Assembly (NCBI RefSeq): GCF_964194155.1
Contig: NC_135914.1
Coordinates: 3,224,001-3,288,000 of the forward strand
Direction of reading: 5' to 3'
Origin: Cetorhinus maximus
Taxonomy: Eukaryota
Length of the DNA: 64,000 nucleotides
In this document: positions 48,460 through 61,114 of the stretch, piece by piece
Layout of the letters: each line of letters opens with the position of its first letter
Numbering within the stretch: the stretch's first letter is position 1
Program-made: the position numbers and the translations under genes
Notes under the pieces: model-generated
The model's database searches: none
Seen by the model: the letters and a program-made list of their open reading frames with translations, nothing else
What the model was told of the DNA's origin: nothing

Positions 48460-49040
48460 TCATTTGGTAGTACAGGAGTCGAGTATTGCTGAAGAAAAGA
48501 AACATTTTTTGTCAAAGCTTTTCATCTTGCACTCATCAGGACAATTCGCAAGAATACCAATGTGAGGGGAAGCAACATATTTATACTTTATGAGAAGAGT
48601 GTGTTGATTGGTTGGCAAGCTGACAACAGGACCTTGTGTATTAATATATGTAGCTTCCAGTACACGCAAATGTGCCACATTGTGAGCCCAACTCACAATC
48701 TTAAATTGGTTGTCAGCGTAATTCTTAGCACACTGAAGATTATTTAACAAGGTTGTCCAATCGCGGAATCTCATCTAATGTTGGACACTGTGCTTTGAGT
48801 TTTGCAGCACGGGCTGACTGGGTACAGTCCATACCTTGCCCATTGCGAACAGTGGGTGGGACGTGCTGTTTGATACGATCCGCCAGTCTTTGGGACGTAC
48901 GGCCTACACACCTAGCATCACACTGGCACTGAAATCCATACACCACATTACTCATCTGTGTGATAGGCAGAACGTCTTTTTTGGCTTGATGACAGCATCC
49001 TGCTAGTGGAAAATACCACTCGTGTTGCTACTGCATAGTA
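48460..49040 (-). mobile_element. PLE family 2 (Poseidon-like): GIY-YIG plus pLTR
   Basis: SNVVYGFQCQCDARCVGRTSQRLADRIKQH and LRVLEATYI motifs. Confidence 0.82.
48509..48544 (-). ncRNA. Minimal type I hammerhead ribozyme (family 2)
   Basis: TTGTC CTGATGA GT GCAAG AT GAA AAGCTT T GACAA; perfect 5-bp helix I, palindromic AAGCTT. Confidence 0.72.
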
Positions 49041-50435
49041 ATTTATATTCTTCCTTAAGTAAGGAGACCAGTACTGTACACAGGACTCCAGATGTGGTCT
49101 CACCAATCCCCTGTATAACTGAAGCATAACCTCCCTACTTTTATATTCAATTCCCCTCTCAAGAAACAATAACATTCTATTAGTTTTCCTAATTACCTGT
49201 TGTACCTGCATACTAACATTTCGCAATTCATGCACTCGGACACCCACAGTGCTGTTGGGGAGGGAGTTCCAGGATTTTGACTCAGCAACAGTATACAAAT
49301 ATAGAACAATCATACACCCATACAATTAAACCTTCTCATAGGTATTATTCTCTGCATTCTTTCTGCACTAAACTAATTTCAAGTACATAACCCACATGGA
49401 GTACACTTACCTCATCCATAAGACCGCTACGACTTTTAATGGGTGCTCAATTCCACAAAAACTTGTATCTTCTTTTTCTGGATAAGTATCCCCAGATTAT
49501 GGCTAGCTAACATCATATCTGGAGATGGGATTTTTAACCCCTAGAGAAGGTTCAAGACCCTCCCTCTCCACATGTTGGTGGGTTCTTATCACCCAATGAT
49601 TGTCTGATGTATTCTTTAAAAAAGCTGAACTGGTTTTGGACTTTGTGCACAATTAAATTTGACAATAGAACAATGAAGACATTCAATGTGCCCTTTTAAT
49701 CTTAATTCAGATTTACGACTTCATATTTTTTACATCTTTGGCTTCTAAGATTTCTCCTAATCTGATTTAGATAAATTCTTTTGTAGCCATTTTGTGTCGA
49801 CATTTTGACTTCAGATTTGTAACAAGGCTTTATATCAAACATCGAATCTCTTTAGGAATGTACCTAGTATTAACATGTATAAGTTTAAAGCCCAATCTTG
49901 TGATAAAATTACTAATTAATTAATAGCTATTTAATTATAACTGAGGCTCAATCGTAATTTCTGGGCTGGGGTTCCAACTATTCGTATGAGTTGATGGATC
50001 AAGGCCTCAGCTGTCATAATCCTTATCTTTTGATTCATAGTTACGTACTTGCTAATGGTAGAGCTTTGTCTTGTTTGTTTTAATCAACAAGAGTAATTCT
50101 AGTGAGTTAATCATAATTTAAATGTAAAGAGTTAAAAAGGTAGCATAATACAGTTAAGGTTATATGCTTATTAAAAAGTGAACTAACAATGCCAGTTCTC
50201 TGAATGATCAAGGATTAGATCTTTGACTGTCATTAAAAGGCATACTGCTTGCAATTTTGATGTTACTGGCATAGATTTCCATACATACTTATACATTGTA
50301 TCATTGTAAGGTACATGCAACTTGACCTTGTAAGTGACAGCCATTCGCTGACTCATTCCTCAGGGCAATGCCTTGTTTAAATCAAGCTGCCTGGCTTAAA
50401 TGTCAAACATTGCTTGGCAGTTAACTGTCAGTCAT

Positions 50436-51378
50436 TGTTATGATGTGGCAGATGATGTGTTGCCAGGCGGATGGGATCCATGAGGGAAAACTCAATCCCG
50501 CTATCACAACAATTTTGCAATTTGTATTTATTTCAAGATGCGTGCCCTGAATTCAGTAGTAATAAGTCCTCCAACACTTTAAAGATCTTTTAGAAAACTA
50601 AATTAAACATTAATTAACAAAAGAAAAGATTTCAAGCACATACACAGGTCTACAAATTACTACTACAATATCTCCTAACTCCCCTAATTATTCTGGCTTC
50701 TAGTTATACCCTCATTAAGGCAGCAGTAAAAAAAATAGATTTAAACAGATCCAGGCAAGCCAACACAATATCCTGGATAGTAGAGTTCAAAGTGGCTTTT
50801 TTCAGCTTCAGTTTCTGTAGACAGCAGCTTAATGCACAAATACTGGAGGCTTTTCAATACTGGAGACTTCTGATAGATCTTACAGTGCCTTCTCTGACAC
50901 ATAGCCTCATTCTCCTTTATACATGTTTCCCCCTTTTAATGTAATTCTCATTGTTCCAATATGTCCTTACCTTTCTCATAATATATATCATTTCATGGTG
51001 CTAATATTATCAGTAACCTTTGGGAAAAATAAACACACTGCTTGACCTAGCTTCTCTTGCTAGGTGTAACATCCTACCATCTCTCTGAAATTCAAACTAC
51101 CCTCATTTATCTAAAAATGCAAATTCTCCTCACCTCACATTCTAAGACTTCAGCCATGTTTACATATTTAGCATTTCAAACCTAGCTCCTTTTGATGGGT
51201 CAAAGCCTCCAGACTAGCTGTCTCCAATTCAATTAAATCCCCCCTCGCCCCCACCTCCCCCCACCCCCCACACACAAAAAACTATCCAAATCCCACTATT
51301 CACCTACTTTTATGATAAATCACAATAATCTTGTGAGAGTTACTATACTTTTGTGACAATTATTATACTTTTGTGACA
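50436..51378 (-). mobile_element. Solo LTR (same family as 10511-11403) inserted in a family 2 pLTR
   Basis: TGTTATGA...TTGTGACA termini with a duplicated terminal 20 bp; colinear with 10511-11403. Confidence 0.8.
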
Positions 51379-51467
51379 ATCACTATCACTGGTACACTCT
51401 TCATGGCAATGGCACTTGCCAAACACTCTCTTCACATACAGTGAAGTGGGAGGTGATGGCATAGTGG

Positions 51468-51796
51468 TATTGTCACCGGTAATCCAGAAACCGAGGGGTA
51501 ATCCTCTGGGGACCTTGCTTTGAATCCCGCCATGTCAGATGGTGGAATTTGAATCTAATAAAAATCTGGAATTAAAAAGTCTAATGATAACCGTGAAACC
51601 ATTGCCGATTGTCATAAAAACCCATCTGGTTCACTAATGTCCATTAGGAAAGGAAATCTGCTGTCCTTACCTGGTCTGGCCTACATGTGACTCCAGACCA
51701 ACAGTAGTGCAGTTGACCCTCTGAACAAGGGCAATTATGGATGGGCAATAAATGCTGACTGAGCCAGTGATGCCCACATCCCATGAATAAAAAAAA
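51468..51796 (+). mobile_element. SINE S1, full length
   Basis: Head, body and LINE-B-like tail with A-rich end. Confidence 0.85.
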
Positions 51797-51838
51797 GTAT
51801 AAGTTGTTGTTTCCCCCTTATATTGGTATTCTTGTGAG

Positions 51839-51872
51839 TGTCCTGATGAGTGCAAGACGAAAAGCTTCAACT
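51839..51872 (+). ncRNA. Minimal hammerhead (family 2); core intact, helix I mismatch
   Basis: TGTC CTGATGA GT GCAAG AC GAA AAGCTT C AAC. Confidence 0.65.
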
Positions 51873-52194
51873 TGTCTCTTTTTTCAGCAATACTTAATAG
51901 AAGCTTTTCAAAATTGCAGTGTCATGTATTTTGTTAATAGACTTCTTTTCAAAGGGGTACTAATCTCGCCAAGCCTTTTAAATAAACTATTGGTTCATCT
52001 CAAGACTTCAATGAAAATTAATTGAGGCTCTGTATCTTAAAATCATCTGTTGCTGGCTCATCTAATTCATTGTCAGTATAACAAAATAAAAGTGATAACT
52101 GTCAAGGCATCATGTGTTACTTCTAAGATGGCTTCTTTTGGCCCTGCTAGTTCATTTCTAGTGATTTAATCTGAGAATGGTTGATTTTGATTAA

Positions 52195-53930
52195 AAATCA
52201 CCATCTAAGTTTACTTAGAACTGACACCAACCTCCTTCTTTCTGATATAAACCAACTCCACAGCCACTTCCTCCAATCTCCACTTGTCTGATGTAAACAA
52301 GCCCCACAGTCACTGACGCCATTATCCTCCTTTCTTAAAAAGACAACCCAACATTCATTCACACCAATCTCTTCCTGTCTGAAAGAAACCAACCCTACAA
52401 TCACAGACACAAATCGCATTCCATCTGAATAAACCAAAACTACAGTTACTGACACAAAAATCCTCCTATCTTTTTTTTAAATTCATTCACAGGATGTGGG
52501 CATCACTGGCTAGGCCAGCATTTTATTGCCCATCCCTAATTGCCCTTGAGAATATGGAGGTGAGCTGCCTTCTTGAACCGCCACAGTCCCTGTGGTGTAG
52601 GTACACCCACAGTGCTGTTAGGGAGGGAGTTCCAGGATTTTGGCCCAGCAACAGTGAAGGAACGGCCGATATATTTCCAAGTCAGGATGGTGAGTGGCTT
52701 AGAAGGGAATTTGCAGGTGATGGTGTTCCCATGAATGCTGCCCTTGTCCTTCCAGGTGGTAGTGGTCATGGGTTTGGAAGGTGCTTTCAAAAGAGCCTTG
52801 GTGAGTTGCTGCAGTGCACCTTGTATATGGTACACACTGCTGCTACTGTGTGTCGGTGGTGGAGAGGGTGCATGTTGGAGGTGGTGGATGGGGCGCCAAT
52901 CAAGCAGGCTGCTTTGTCCTGGGTGGTATCGAGCCTTTGAGTGTTGTCAGAGCTGCACTCAACCAGGCATGTAGTGAGTATCCCATCACACGCGTTTTAG
53001 ATGGTGGACAGGCTTTGGGGAGTCAGGTTAGTTATTTGGCACAGAATTCCCATCCTCTGACCTGCTCTAGTAGCTACAGTGTTTATATGGCTAGTCCAGT
53101 TCCGTTTCTGGTCAATGGTAACCCCCTGGATGTTGATAATAGGGAATTCAATGATGGTAATGCCATTTGAATGTCAAGAGGAGATGGTTAGATTCTCTCT
53201 TGTTGGAGATGGTCATTGCCTGGCACAAGTGTTGCCTGCCACTTATCAGCCGAAGCCTGAATGTTGTCCAGGTCTTGCTACACATGGACATGGAGTTCTT
53301 CTGTATCTGCGGAGTCATGGATGGTGCTGAACATTGTGCAATCATCAGCAAACATCACTGCCTCTGACCTTATGATGAAGTGAAGGTCATTGGTGAAGCA
53401 GCTGAAGTTGGTTGGGCCTAGGACACTACCTTGAGGAACTCCTGCAGTCCTGTGATGTCCTGTGACTGAGATGATTGACCTCCAACAACCACAACCATCT
53501 TCCTTTGTGCTAGGTATGACTCCAAATAATGGAGATTTTTGCCCTTGATTCCCATTGATGCCAGCTTTGCTCGGGCTCCTTGTTGCCACATTCTGGTCAA
53601 ATCTAATGCTTGATATAAACCAAACCAAAATTCACTGACACCATTTCTCCCTGTGTGACATAAACCAATCCCATAACACTGACACCAATCTCCTCCTGTC
53701 TGATGTAAACCAGCCTCACACTCATTCTCCTCCTGTGTGATATAAGCCATGCCCACAGTCACTGACACCAATCTCCTCCTGTCTGATATAAACCAATCCT
53801 GCAGTCACTGATATCAATCTGCACCTATCTGATATAAAGCTATCCCACAGTCACTAACACCAATCTCCTCCTGTCTGATAGAAACCAAACCTACAGTCAC
53901 TGACACCAATCTTCTCCTGTCTGATATAAG
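52195..53930. repeat. Degenerate satellite of about 45 bp split by a LINE-B insertion (about 52470-53605)
   Basis: Unit similar to CACAGTCACTGACACCAATCTCCTCCTGTCTGATATAAACCAA on both sides of the LINE. Confidence 0.75.
52470..53605 (-). mobile_element. LINE family B, RT to 3' end
   Basis: GVPQGSVLGP and MFADD motifs; shared 3' tail. Confidence 0.85.
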
Positions 53931-54319
53931 GCGATTCTACTGATTCAGAAAGATTAAACTTGGTCCATTAATTGAATTGGACTTGTCTCCATTCCTGGCC
54001 TGAGGGGGCTTCCATAACAGATTGAAGACGTAACGTTTGGAACTCTTGATCCTCCTCCAATTGCTATTCCCCTTCTTTCTGTTGGATAATGCAGATGCCA
54101 TTCTGTATATTGTGCAAGTCTGTAAGAATTGTCAGCACTTTCTGATTGAAGAGGGTAATCACTGGAACCCTTCAAGTACTGAATTCTGGATTTGCAACCA
54201 ACAACAATTTACAATTGTAGTAGAAGTTTTGAATTTTATTGTGAAGTAATTTCTGATGAGAGTCCCTGAAGTATAGGGAGATATTAGATAGTAATGCTGC
54301 AGCTCTGGCAAGTCAGTTA

Positions 54320-55046
54320 GCTATACACCTAGAATATTAAGCTGCAGTTCAGTTATAGAGTTATTAACATCAGCAGAAACAAACCCCAACTGATAGAATG
54401 CATGTCTCAGTCCTGGTTGTAATGAACAGCAGCAATAACAGCAGAATCTAACCCTTGCAGTAGCTTGTAAATTTGCTGTTGTTTCAGCAGGTGGGATGAC
54501 TGACTGAATCTCTTCCCTCACATAAAGCAGTGAATGGCGTCTCCCCAGCTTTAATGCATCAGCAGATCCTTTGCCTTTTCAAACTCATCATAGCCAAAGC
54601 ATTTAAATGGTCTCTCATCAGTGCATACAAGTCGGTGTGAAGTGAGGTAGGTGAAGCAACTGAATCCCTTCCCACGCACAGGGCAGGTGAATGGTCTTTC
54701 CCCAATGTGCGTTGGTGTCTCAGAAGTCTGGCTGAAATACTGAATCCTTTCCCACACACAGAGCAGGTAAACGGCCTTTCTCACATGTGAACCCGCTGGT
54801 GTGTCAGAAGGCCAAATGAATCAGTGAATCCTTCCCAATGCCTGGAGCAGTTGAACAGCCTCTCCCCAGTGTGAATGCACTGGTGTGCTAGCATATTGGA
54901 GGAACAGGTGATTCCTTTCCCACGCCTGCAGCAAGTGAATGGTCTCTCCCCAGTTTGAGTGCAGTGACGAATTTCCAGATGGGATGGGTCATTGTATCCT
55001 TTCCCACACAGTTTTGAAATTTTCAAATGTCTCCCAGCCTCAACAG
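54320..55046 (-). pseudogene. ZNF pseudogene G
   Basis: Broken fingers across several frames, followed by the conserved 3' block. Confidence 0.85.
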
Positions 55047-55279
55047 TGTTAATAGAATAGAGTCTTTATTTCCCCGACCATTTAAGAACGAATGTGATAA
55101 CTCTTCCAAAGCGCTGGAACAGGCCTTCCTCTGTAGATTTCTAAGGTTTCTGTTGAGGCTGGGGGACATTTGAACATTTCAGAACATTCCACCCCGCCTA
55201 GAAATTCATCACTGCACTCACAGTGGGGAAAGACCATTCACTTGCTGCAGGTGTGGGAAAGGATTTCTAAGAGAATGGC

Positions 55280-55745
55280 TGTCCATCCGTCCCCTAATGC
55301 ACCGCACGGGTGAATGCAGCCTATCTCCACCATTAGGGCCGCACTGCGCAGGCGCAGAAAGGTACCGCCCCTGGAGACCACTTGGTTGCACGGAGCATGC
55401 GCAGGGACGGGGGCGCTCTCAGCTTCGGTAACGCGGAGTCTGAGCGGCGCTCAGAGGTCGAGTCAGAGCCACCGGCCCTGGTGGCGGAGAGACACGTGCG
55501 GCGAGCGGCACCATGAAGCCGATGGTGCAGCGGCTCCCTGATCCCCGTCGCCCCTTCACGATTGCGTCTCCCGTTTGCACAGTCTCACAAGAAAGGAACC
55601 ACCCAGAATGCCCCGCGGCTGTCCTTGGGGAGCATGCGCACTCCCAGCGCCTGGGAAATGAGCGCAGTGGATAGAGCGGTTTCCGAGGCGCAGAGAACTG
55701 TGGGAACCGTCGCCGCCATTAGTCACTGGCTCTCGGTATGTGTTT
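55280..55745 (+). promoter_or_regulatory. CpG island with two tandem promoter units, probably driving ZNF H
   Basis: Staf sites at 55289-55306 and 55599-55617 (CCACCCAGAATGCCCCGCG); NRF1 TGCGCAGGCGCA and GAGCATGCGCA; donors GTAACG near 55428 and GTATGT near 55737. Confidence 0.68.
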
Positions 55746-56329
55746 TATTGCAAGCTAACGGAAGATCAGCGAGCTGAAACGTTTACCTCTGTCTCCTTCT
55801 CCACAGATGCTGCCCATTTCCAGTATTTTGTCTTTTTTATGGCAGGTTTCAAGCATGTATTCAAGTATTTTGCTTTTGTTTCACTGCAGGCTTGGCAACA
55901 TAGAAGCTTCAGAGAGAAAGTGCAAAAACGAATAAGAGACACATAGACGGACCAGTTAAGAACTGGTTTGCACTAGAGTGGAGGTCAGTTGAGGAAGTTG
56001 ATCCCTGGCATGTGAGTCTTTTTTGTTGTTGCATCAGTTTGAGCTGGAGCTCAGAAAGAGAAGTTGCAGGATTTAACCTCAAGTCGGGCCTAACAATTTC
56101 CAACGTGGGATTGTCAAAAGAAGGAGATTCTAAAGGGAGAGTATGATGTTGAACAGACATTGTCATATAGGAGAGCCTGTGGCATAGTGGTAATGTTAAT
56201 GTAGAGGCCCTGGGGACACAGATTGAAATCCAACCATGCCGGTGACAGATTCTAAATTCATTAATTATTCCATTTTTAGAGATGAAGATGAAGAAGAAAA
56301 GTGTGCTTATGATAGATGTCAGGAGGATA

Positions 56330-58580
56330 ATACAACAGAAGTTTCAGAGGGGATGTGAAAAAGCAAATAAGAGAAGCAACAACAGAGCAGGGAAAGAGAT
56401 TGGCAGATAACATAAAAGGGAATCCAAAAATCTTCTATAGGCATATAAATAGGAAAAGGGTGGTAAAAGGAAGAGTAGGGTCGATTAGGGACCAAAAATA
56501 TAAGGTCCTGAACGCCCCTGACCAGGTGGACGTGGAACTGATATTTCCTCTTGTGGGTGAGTCCAGAACTATGGGCCACTGTTTTAAAATTAGGGTCGCG
56601 CTTTAGGACAGAGATGAGAAGAATATTTTTTCCCTCAGAGGGTTGTGCGACTTTGGAACTCTGCCTCAGAAGGCAGTGGAGACGGGGTCATTGAATATCT
56701 TTAAGGCAGAGGTAGATAGATTCTTAACAAAAACAAAATAAAAATACCTGGAAAAACTCAGCAGGTCTGACAGCATCGTGGGTAGATTATATGGATAGAT
56801 TCTTGTTAGGCAAGGGAATCAAAGGTTATTGGGGGTAGATGGAAATGTGGAATTATAAATACAAACAGGTCAGCCATGATCTTATTGAATGGCAAAGCAG
56901 GTTCGAGGGACCGAATGGCCTACTTCTGCTCCTATTTCATATGTTCTGTATTAAAATGGGGATATATGCATGGAGGCAGAGAGCATAGCTGAGGTGTGAA
57001 ATGATTATTTTGCATCTGTCTTTACCAGTGAAGAGAATACTTCCTAGGTCGTGGTGAAAGAGGATGTAATTAACACACTAGAATGATTTAAAATTGATAA
57101 GGAGGAGGTATTGCAGATGGCATCTATTATTGATAAGGCACCGATGTACCGCAGGAAGTAAGAGTGAAAATTCCGAAGCCACCGGCCATAATTTTAGTCT
57201 TCCTTAGACTCAGGGTTGGTGTCAGAGGATTGGAGAATTGCAAATTTTACACCCTTGTTCAAAAAAGGGTTTAAAGATAAGCCCAGCAACTACAAGCTAG
57301 TCAGTTTAACTTCGGTGCTGGGAAAGATTCTAGAAACAATAATTCGGGACAGAATTATGGGGAGGTGGTGGTGTAGTGGTATTGTCACTGGACTGGTAAT
57401 CCAGAGACCCAGGGTAATGCTCAAATCCCACCACAGCAGATGGTGGAATTTGAATTCAATAAATATCTAGGATTTAAAAAAAAATGTCTAATGATTATGA
57501 AACCATTGTTGATTGTCATAAAAACCCATCTGGTTCACTAATGTCCTTTAGGGAAGGAAATCTGCTGTCGGCACCTGGTGTGGCCTAGATGTGACTCCAG
57601 ACCTACAGAAATGTGGTTGACTCTTAAAAATGCCCTCTGGACAAGGGCAGTTAGGGATGGGTAATAAATGCTGGCCTAGGCAGCGATGCCCATGATAATA
57701 AAACAATAATAGCCATTTGGGCAAATGCAGGTTAATTAAGGAATGCCAGCACAGATTAGTTAAGGACATATTGTGTTTAAATAATTTGCGTGAGTTTTTT
57801 GACGAGGTAACAGAGAGGGTTGATGAGAGCAATGCTGTTGATGTGGTGTACATGGACTTCCAAAAGGCATTTGAGATAGTGCTGCATAACGGACTTGTGA
57901 GGAAGGTTGTAGCTCATGGGGCAGTAGCGGCATGGGCACAAAATTGGCTGAGTGACAGGAAACAGAGAGTAGTAGTAAATAGATGTGCTTTGGGCTGGAG
58001 GAAGGTTTGTAGTGGAGTTCCCCAGGAGTCAGTGTTGGGACCCTTGCTCTTCCTCATTTATATTAATGATCTACACCTTGGTGTGCAGGGCACAAGTTCA
58101 AAATTTGCGGATGACACGGAACTTGGAAGCATTGTGAACTGTGAGGAGGATAGTGTAGAACTTCAAAGAGACATAGACAAGTTGGTGGAATGGGTGGACA
58201 GATGGCAGGGGAAGTTCAATGCAGAGAAATGTGAAGTGATTCATTTTGGTAGGAAGAACATGGAGAGCCAATTTAAAAGAAAGGATACAATTCTAAAGAG
58301 GGTGCAGGACCTGGGTGTATATGTAAGTAAGTCACTGAAGGTGGCAGGACAGACTGACAGTGCGGTTAATAAAGCAAAGAGTATCATAGGATACAAGAGT
58401 ATGGAAGCTATGTTAAACCTGTATAAAATACTGTTTTGTCCTCAACTAGAGTTTTGTGTCCAGTTCTGGCCACCACACTTTAGGAGAGAGTGCAGAAAAG
58501 ATTCACCCAGGATGAGGAACTTCGGTTGCTTAGATTGGAGAAATATGGGACTGTTCTCCTTGGAGGAGGGAAGGCTGAGA
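56330..58580 (+). mobile_element. Fragmented CR1 ORF2 with nested CR1, PLE-end and SINE insertions
   Basis: YMDFQKAF, GVPQESVLGP and FADD motifs in ORF 57717..58667; SINE S1 at 57360-57700. Confidence 0.85.
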
Positions 58581-58905
58581 GATTTTTTTTTTTATTCATG
58601 TGAGCATCACTTGCTACACCAGCATTTATTGCCCATCCCTAATTGCTCTTGTTTAGAGGACATTTAAGAGTCAACCATATTGCTTTTGGTCTGGAGTCAC
58701 ATGTAGGCCAGACCAGGTAATTTCCTTCACTAAAGGACAATGGTTTCATAGTCATAATCAGGCTTTTTTTAAATTCCAGATTTTTATTGAATTCCAATTC
58801 CACCATCTGCTGTGGTGGGATTCGAACCCAGGTCCCCAGAGCATTACCCTGGGTCTCTGGATTACTAGTCCAATAACAATACCACTATGCCGCCACCACC
58901 TCCCC
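58580..58905 (-). mobile_element. SINE S1
   Basis: Reverse complement of S1 with B-box GGTTCGAATCCC. Confidence 0.8.
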
Positions 58906-59481
58906 TGATGGAGGTGTTCAAAATCATGCGGGGTCTGGACAGAGTACTGTTCCCACTGGCGGGAGGATCGAGAACGAGAGGCACGGATTTAATGTAATTG
59001 GCGTAAGAAGCAATGGGGAGGAACTTTTTCACACAGCGAGTGGTTAACACCCAGGATGTGCTGCCTGAGCATGTGGCGGAGACAGGTTCAATCGAGGCTT
59101 TCAAGAAGGAATTGGTTTGCTATCTGAAAATGAAGAATGCGCAGGGCTACCAGGAGAAGTCAGAGGACGATGTACACACATGATGGGCCGAATGGCCACC
59201 TTCTGTGCTGTAATAAAGCTGTGATCCTGGTACAGTCTAAAAGGGTATTGTTTCAGGAGCAAGTATTTCTGTCAAAGCTTTTAATCCATTTCACATTTGC
59301 AAATACTTTTAATTTATTAGTTTGGGATTGTGGACAGTACTAGCAAAACTAGCATATTGTGCTAATCCCCAGTTGCTGGTTGTGAAAGTGACAGTAGGCT
59401 TTCTTGAACCACTGCAGTCTGTATGATGAAATTACTCACACAATGGTGATAAGTAAAGAATTACAGGATTTAAACCCAGTC

Positions 59482-59542
59482 ATATATATATATATATATA
59501 TATATAAATATATATATATAGATATATATAATACAAATATAT
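59482..59542. repeat. (TA)n microsatellite
   Basis: Read directly. Confidence 0.9.
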
Positions 59543-59549
59543 AGAGCTC

Positions 59550-60200
59550 TTTCTAAAGCATACAGTATTATAGGCTTCATTAATAGGGGCATAGAGTACA
59601 AGAGCAGGGAGGTTATGATGAACTTATATAAGACACTGGTTAGACCTCAACTGGAGTATTGTGTACAGTTCCGGGCGCCTCACTATAGGAAGGATGTGAA
59701 CGCATTGGAGAGAGTGCAGAAGAGGTTTGTGAGAATGGTTCCGGGGATGAGCCACTTCAGTTATGAGGAAAGATTGGAGACGTTGGGACTGTTTTCCTTG
59801 GAGAGGAGAAGGCTGAGAGGAGACTTGATAGAAGTTTTCAAAATCATGAGGGGCCTGGGCAGAGAAGATAGGGAGAAACTGTTCCCTCTTGGAAACAGAT
59901 CGAGAACCCAGAGGGCAGAGTTTTAAAGCGTTTTGCAAAAGAAGCAAACGCGAGGTGAGAAAAAACTTTTTCACACAGCGAGTAGTTAGGGTTTGGAATT
60001 CGCTGCCTGGGAGAGTGGTGGAGGCAGGTTCAATTGAGGCATTCAAGAGAGCATTGGATGGTTATTTAAATGGAAACAACGTGCAGGAATACGGGGAAAA
60101 GGCAGGAGATTGGCACTAAGTTAAAATGCTCAAAGAGCCGGTGCAGACACGATGGGCCGAATGGCCTCCTTCTGCACTGTAACAATTCTGTGATTCTATG
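59550..60200 (+). mobile_element. CR1 3' end
   Basis: LYKTLVRPQLEYC...LERRRLRGDLIEVFKI. Confidence 0.88.
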
Positions 60201-61114
60201 ATGAAGCAACAGTGGTATAGGTTCAAGTCAGGAATATCAACTTGAATTTATATAGTGTTCTTTATGTGATAAAACGTTCCAAGGGATTTGTCGGGAGTGT
60301 TATACCGTATACGAATTAGGAGCAGGAAAAGGCCACTCGGCCCCTCAAGCCTGCTCCAGCATTCAATAAGACCATGGCTGATTTGATCGTGGCCTCAACA
60401 CCACATTTCGCCTACCCCCGATAACCTGTAGCTATAAAGCAACAATGACACCAAGCGTGGTCAAAAGGGGTAGGTTTTAAGGAGTGTCTTTAAGGAGGAA
60501 AGAGAGCTCGAGAGGTGGACAGGTTTAGGGAGGGAGTTCCAGAGCTTAGGGCCTTGGCAGCTGAAGGCACGGCCGCCAATGGCGGAGCAGTTCAAAACAC
60601 AAACGCTCAGGAGGCCAGAATTCCATGAGCAACAGGCCCTGTTCAACAGCAGGTCGTTGACCTGAAATGTTGACTCCGTTTCATGTTCCACAGATGCTGC
60701 CTGACCTGTCGAGTCTTGCCAGAATTTTCTCTGTTTATTTCAGATTGGCGGCGTCCGCAGTTATGTTGCTTTTGCAGACGTTGCTCACAGACCCGAGTCT
60801 GGCAGACCAATCACGAGCTGGTTTGGATCAGCATGGACATTGGCAGCGACAGTCAGGCACAGCCTGCCCGTTCAATGGGAAAAGAGCTCTGTCTCAGACA
60901 CATGCATTTTTGTAGAGGCTTTCAATGCATTTTACCTGTAGATTCATTTTCTGTTCATATTTTGGGGTATGGTTGTCATGAGCAATCCCCAGCTCTCCCA
61001 TGGATAAGGTAATGTTCGGCCTTCTTTATTGGCCAGTACAGTGAAGGTACTCCCACAACGCAAGGATGTCCAGTGTTTTCATCCAACAACTTTGAAGAAA
61101 CAGTGATATATAAA

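Larger units (their letters stand above)
47925..49240 (-). mobile_element. CR1 3' part interrupted by a PLE insertion
   Basis: ORFs 47863..48399 and 48948..49325 carry CR1 C-terminal motifs. Confidence 0.82.

Noticed and set aside
49290-50330. Possible ERV internal region
   Set aside because: AT-rich, with no ORF or motif that I could recognise
57717-58667. Domesticated reverse transcriptase gene
   Set aside because: Fragment of a CR1 with nested insertions, altered motifs and read-through into a SINE
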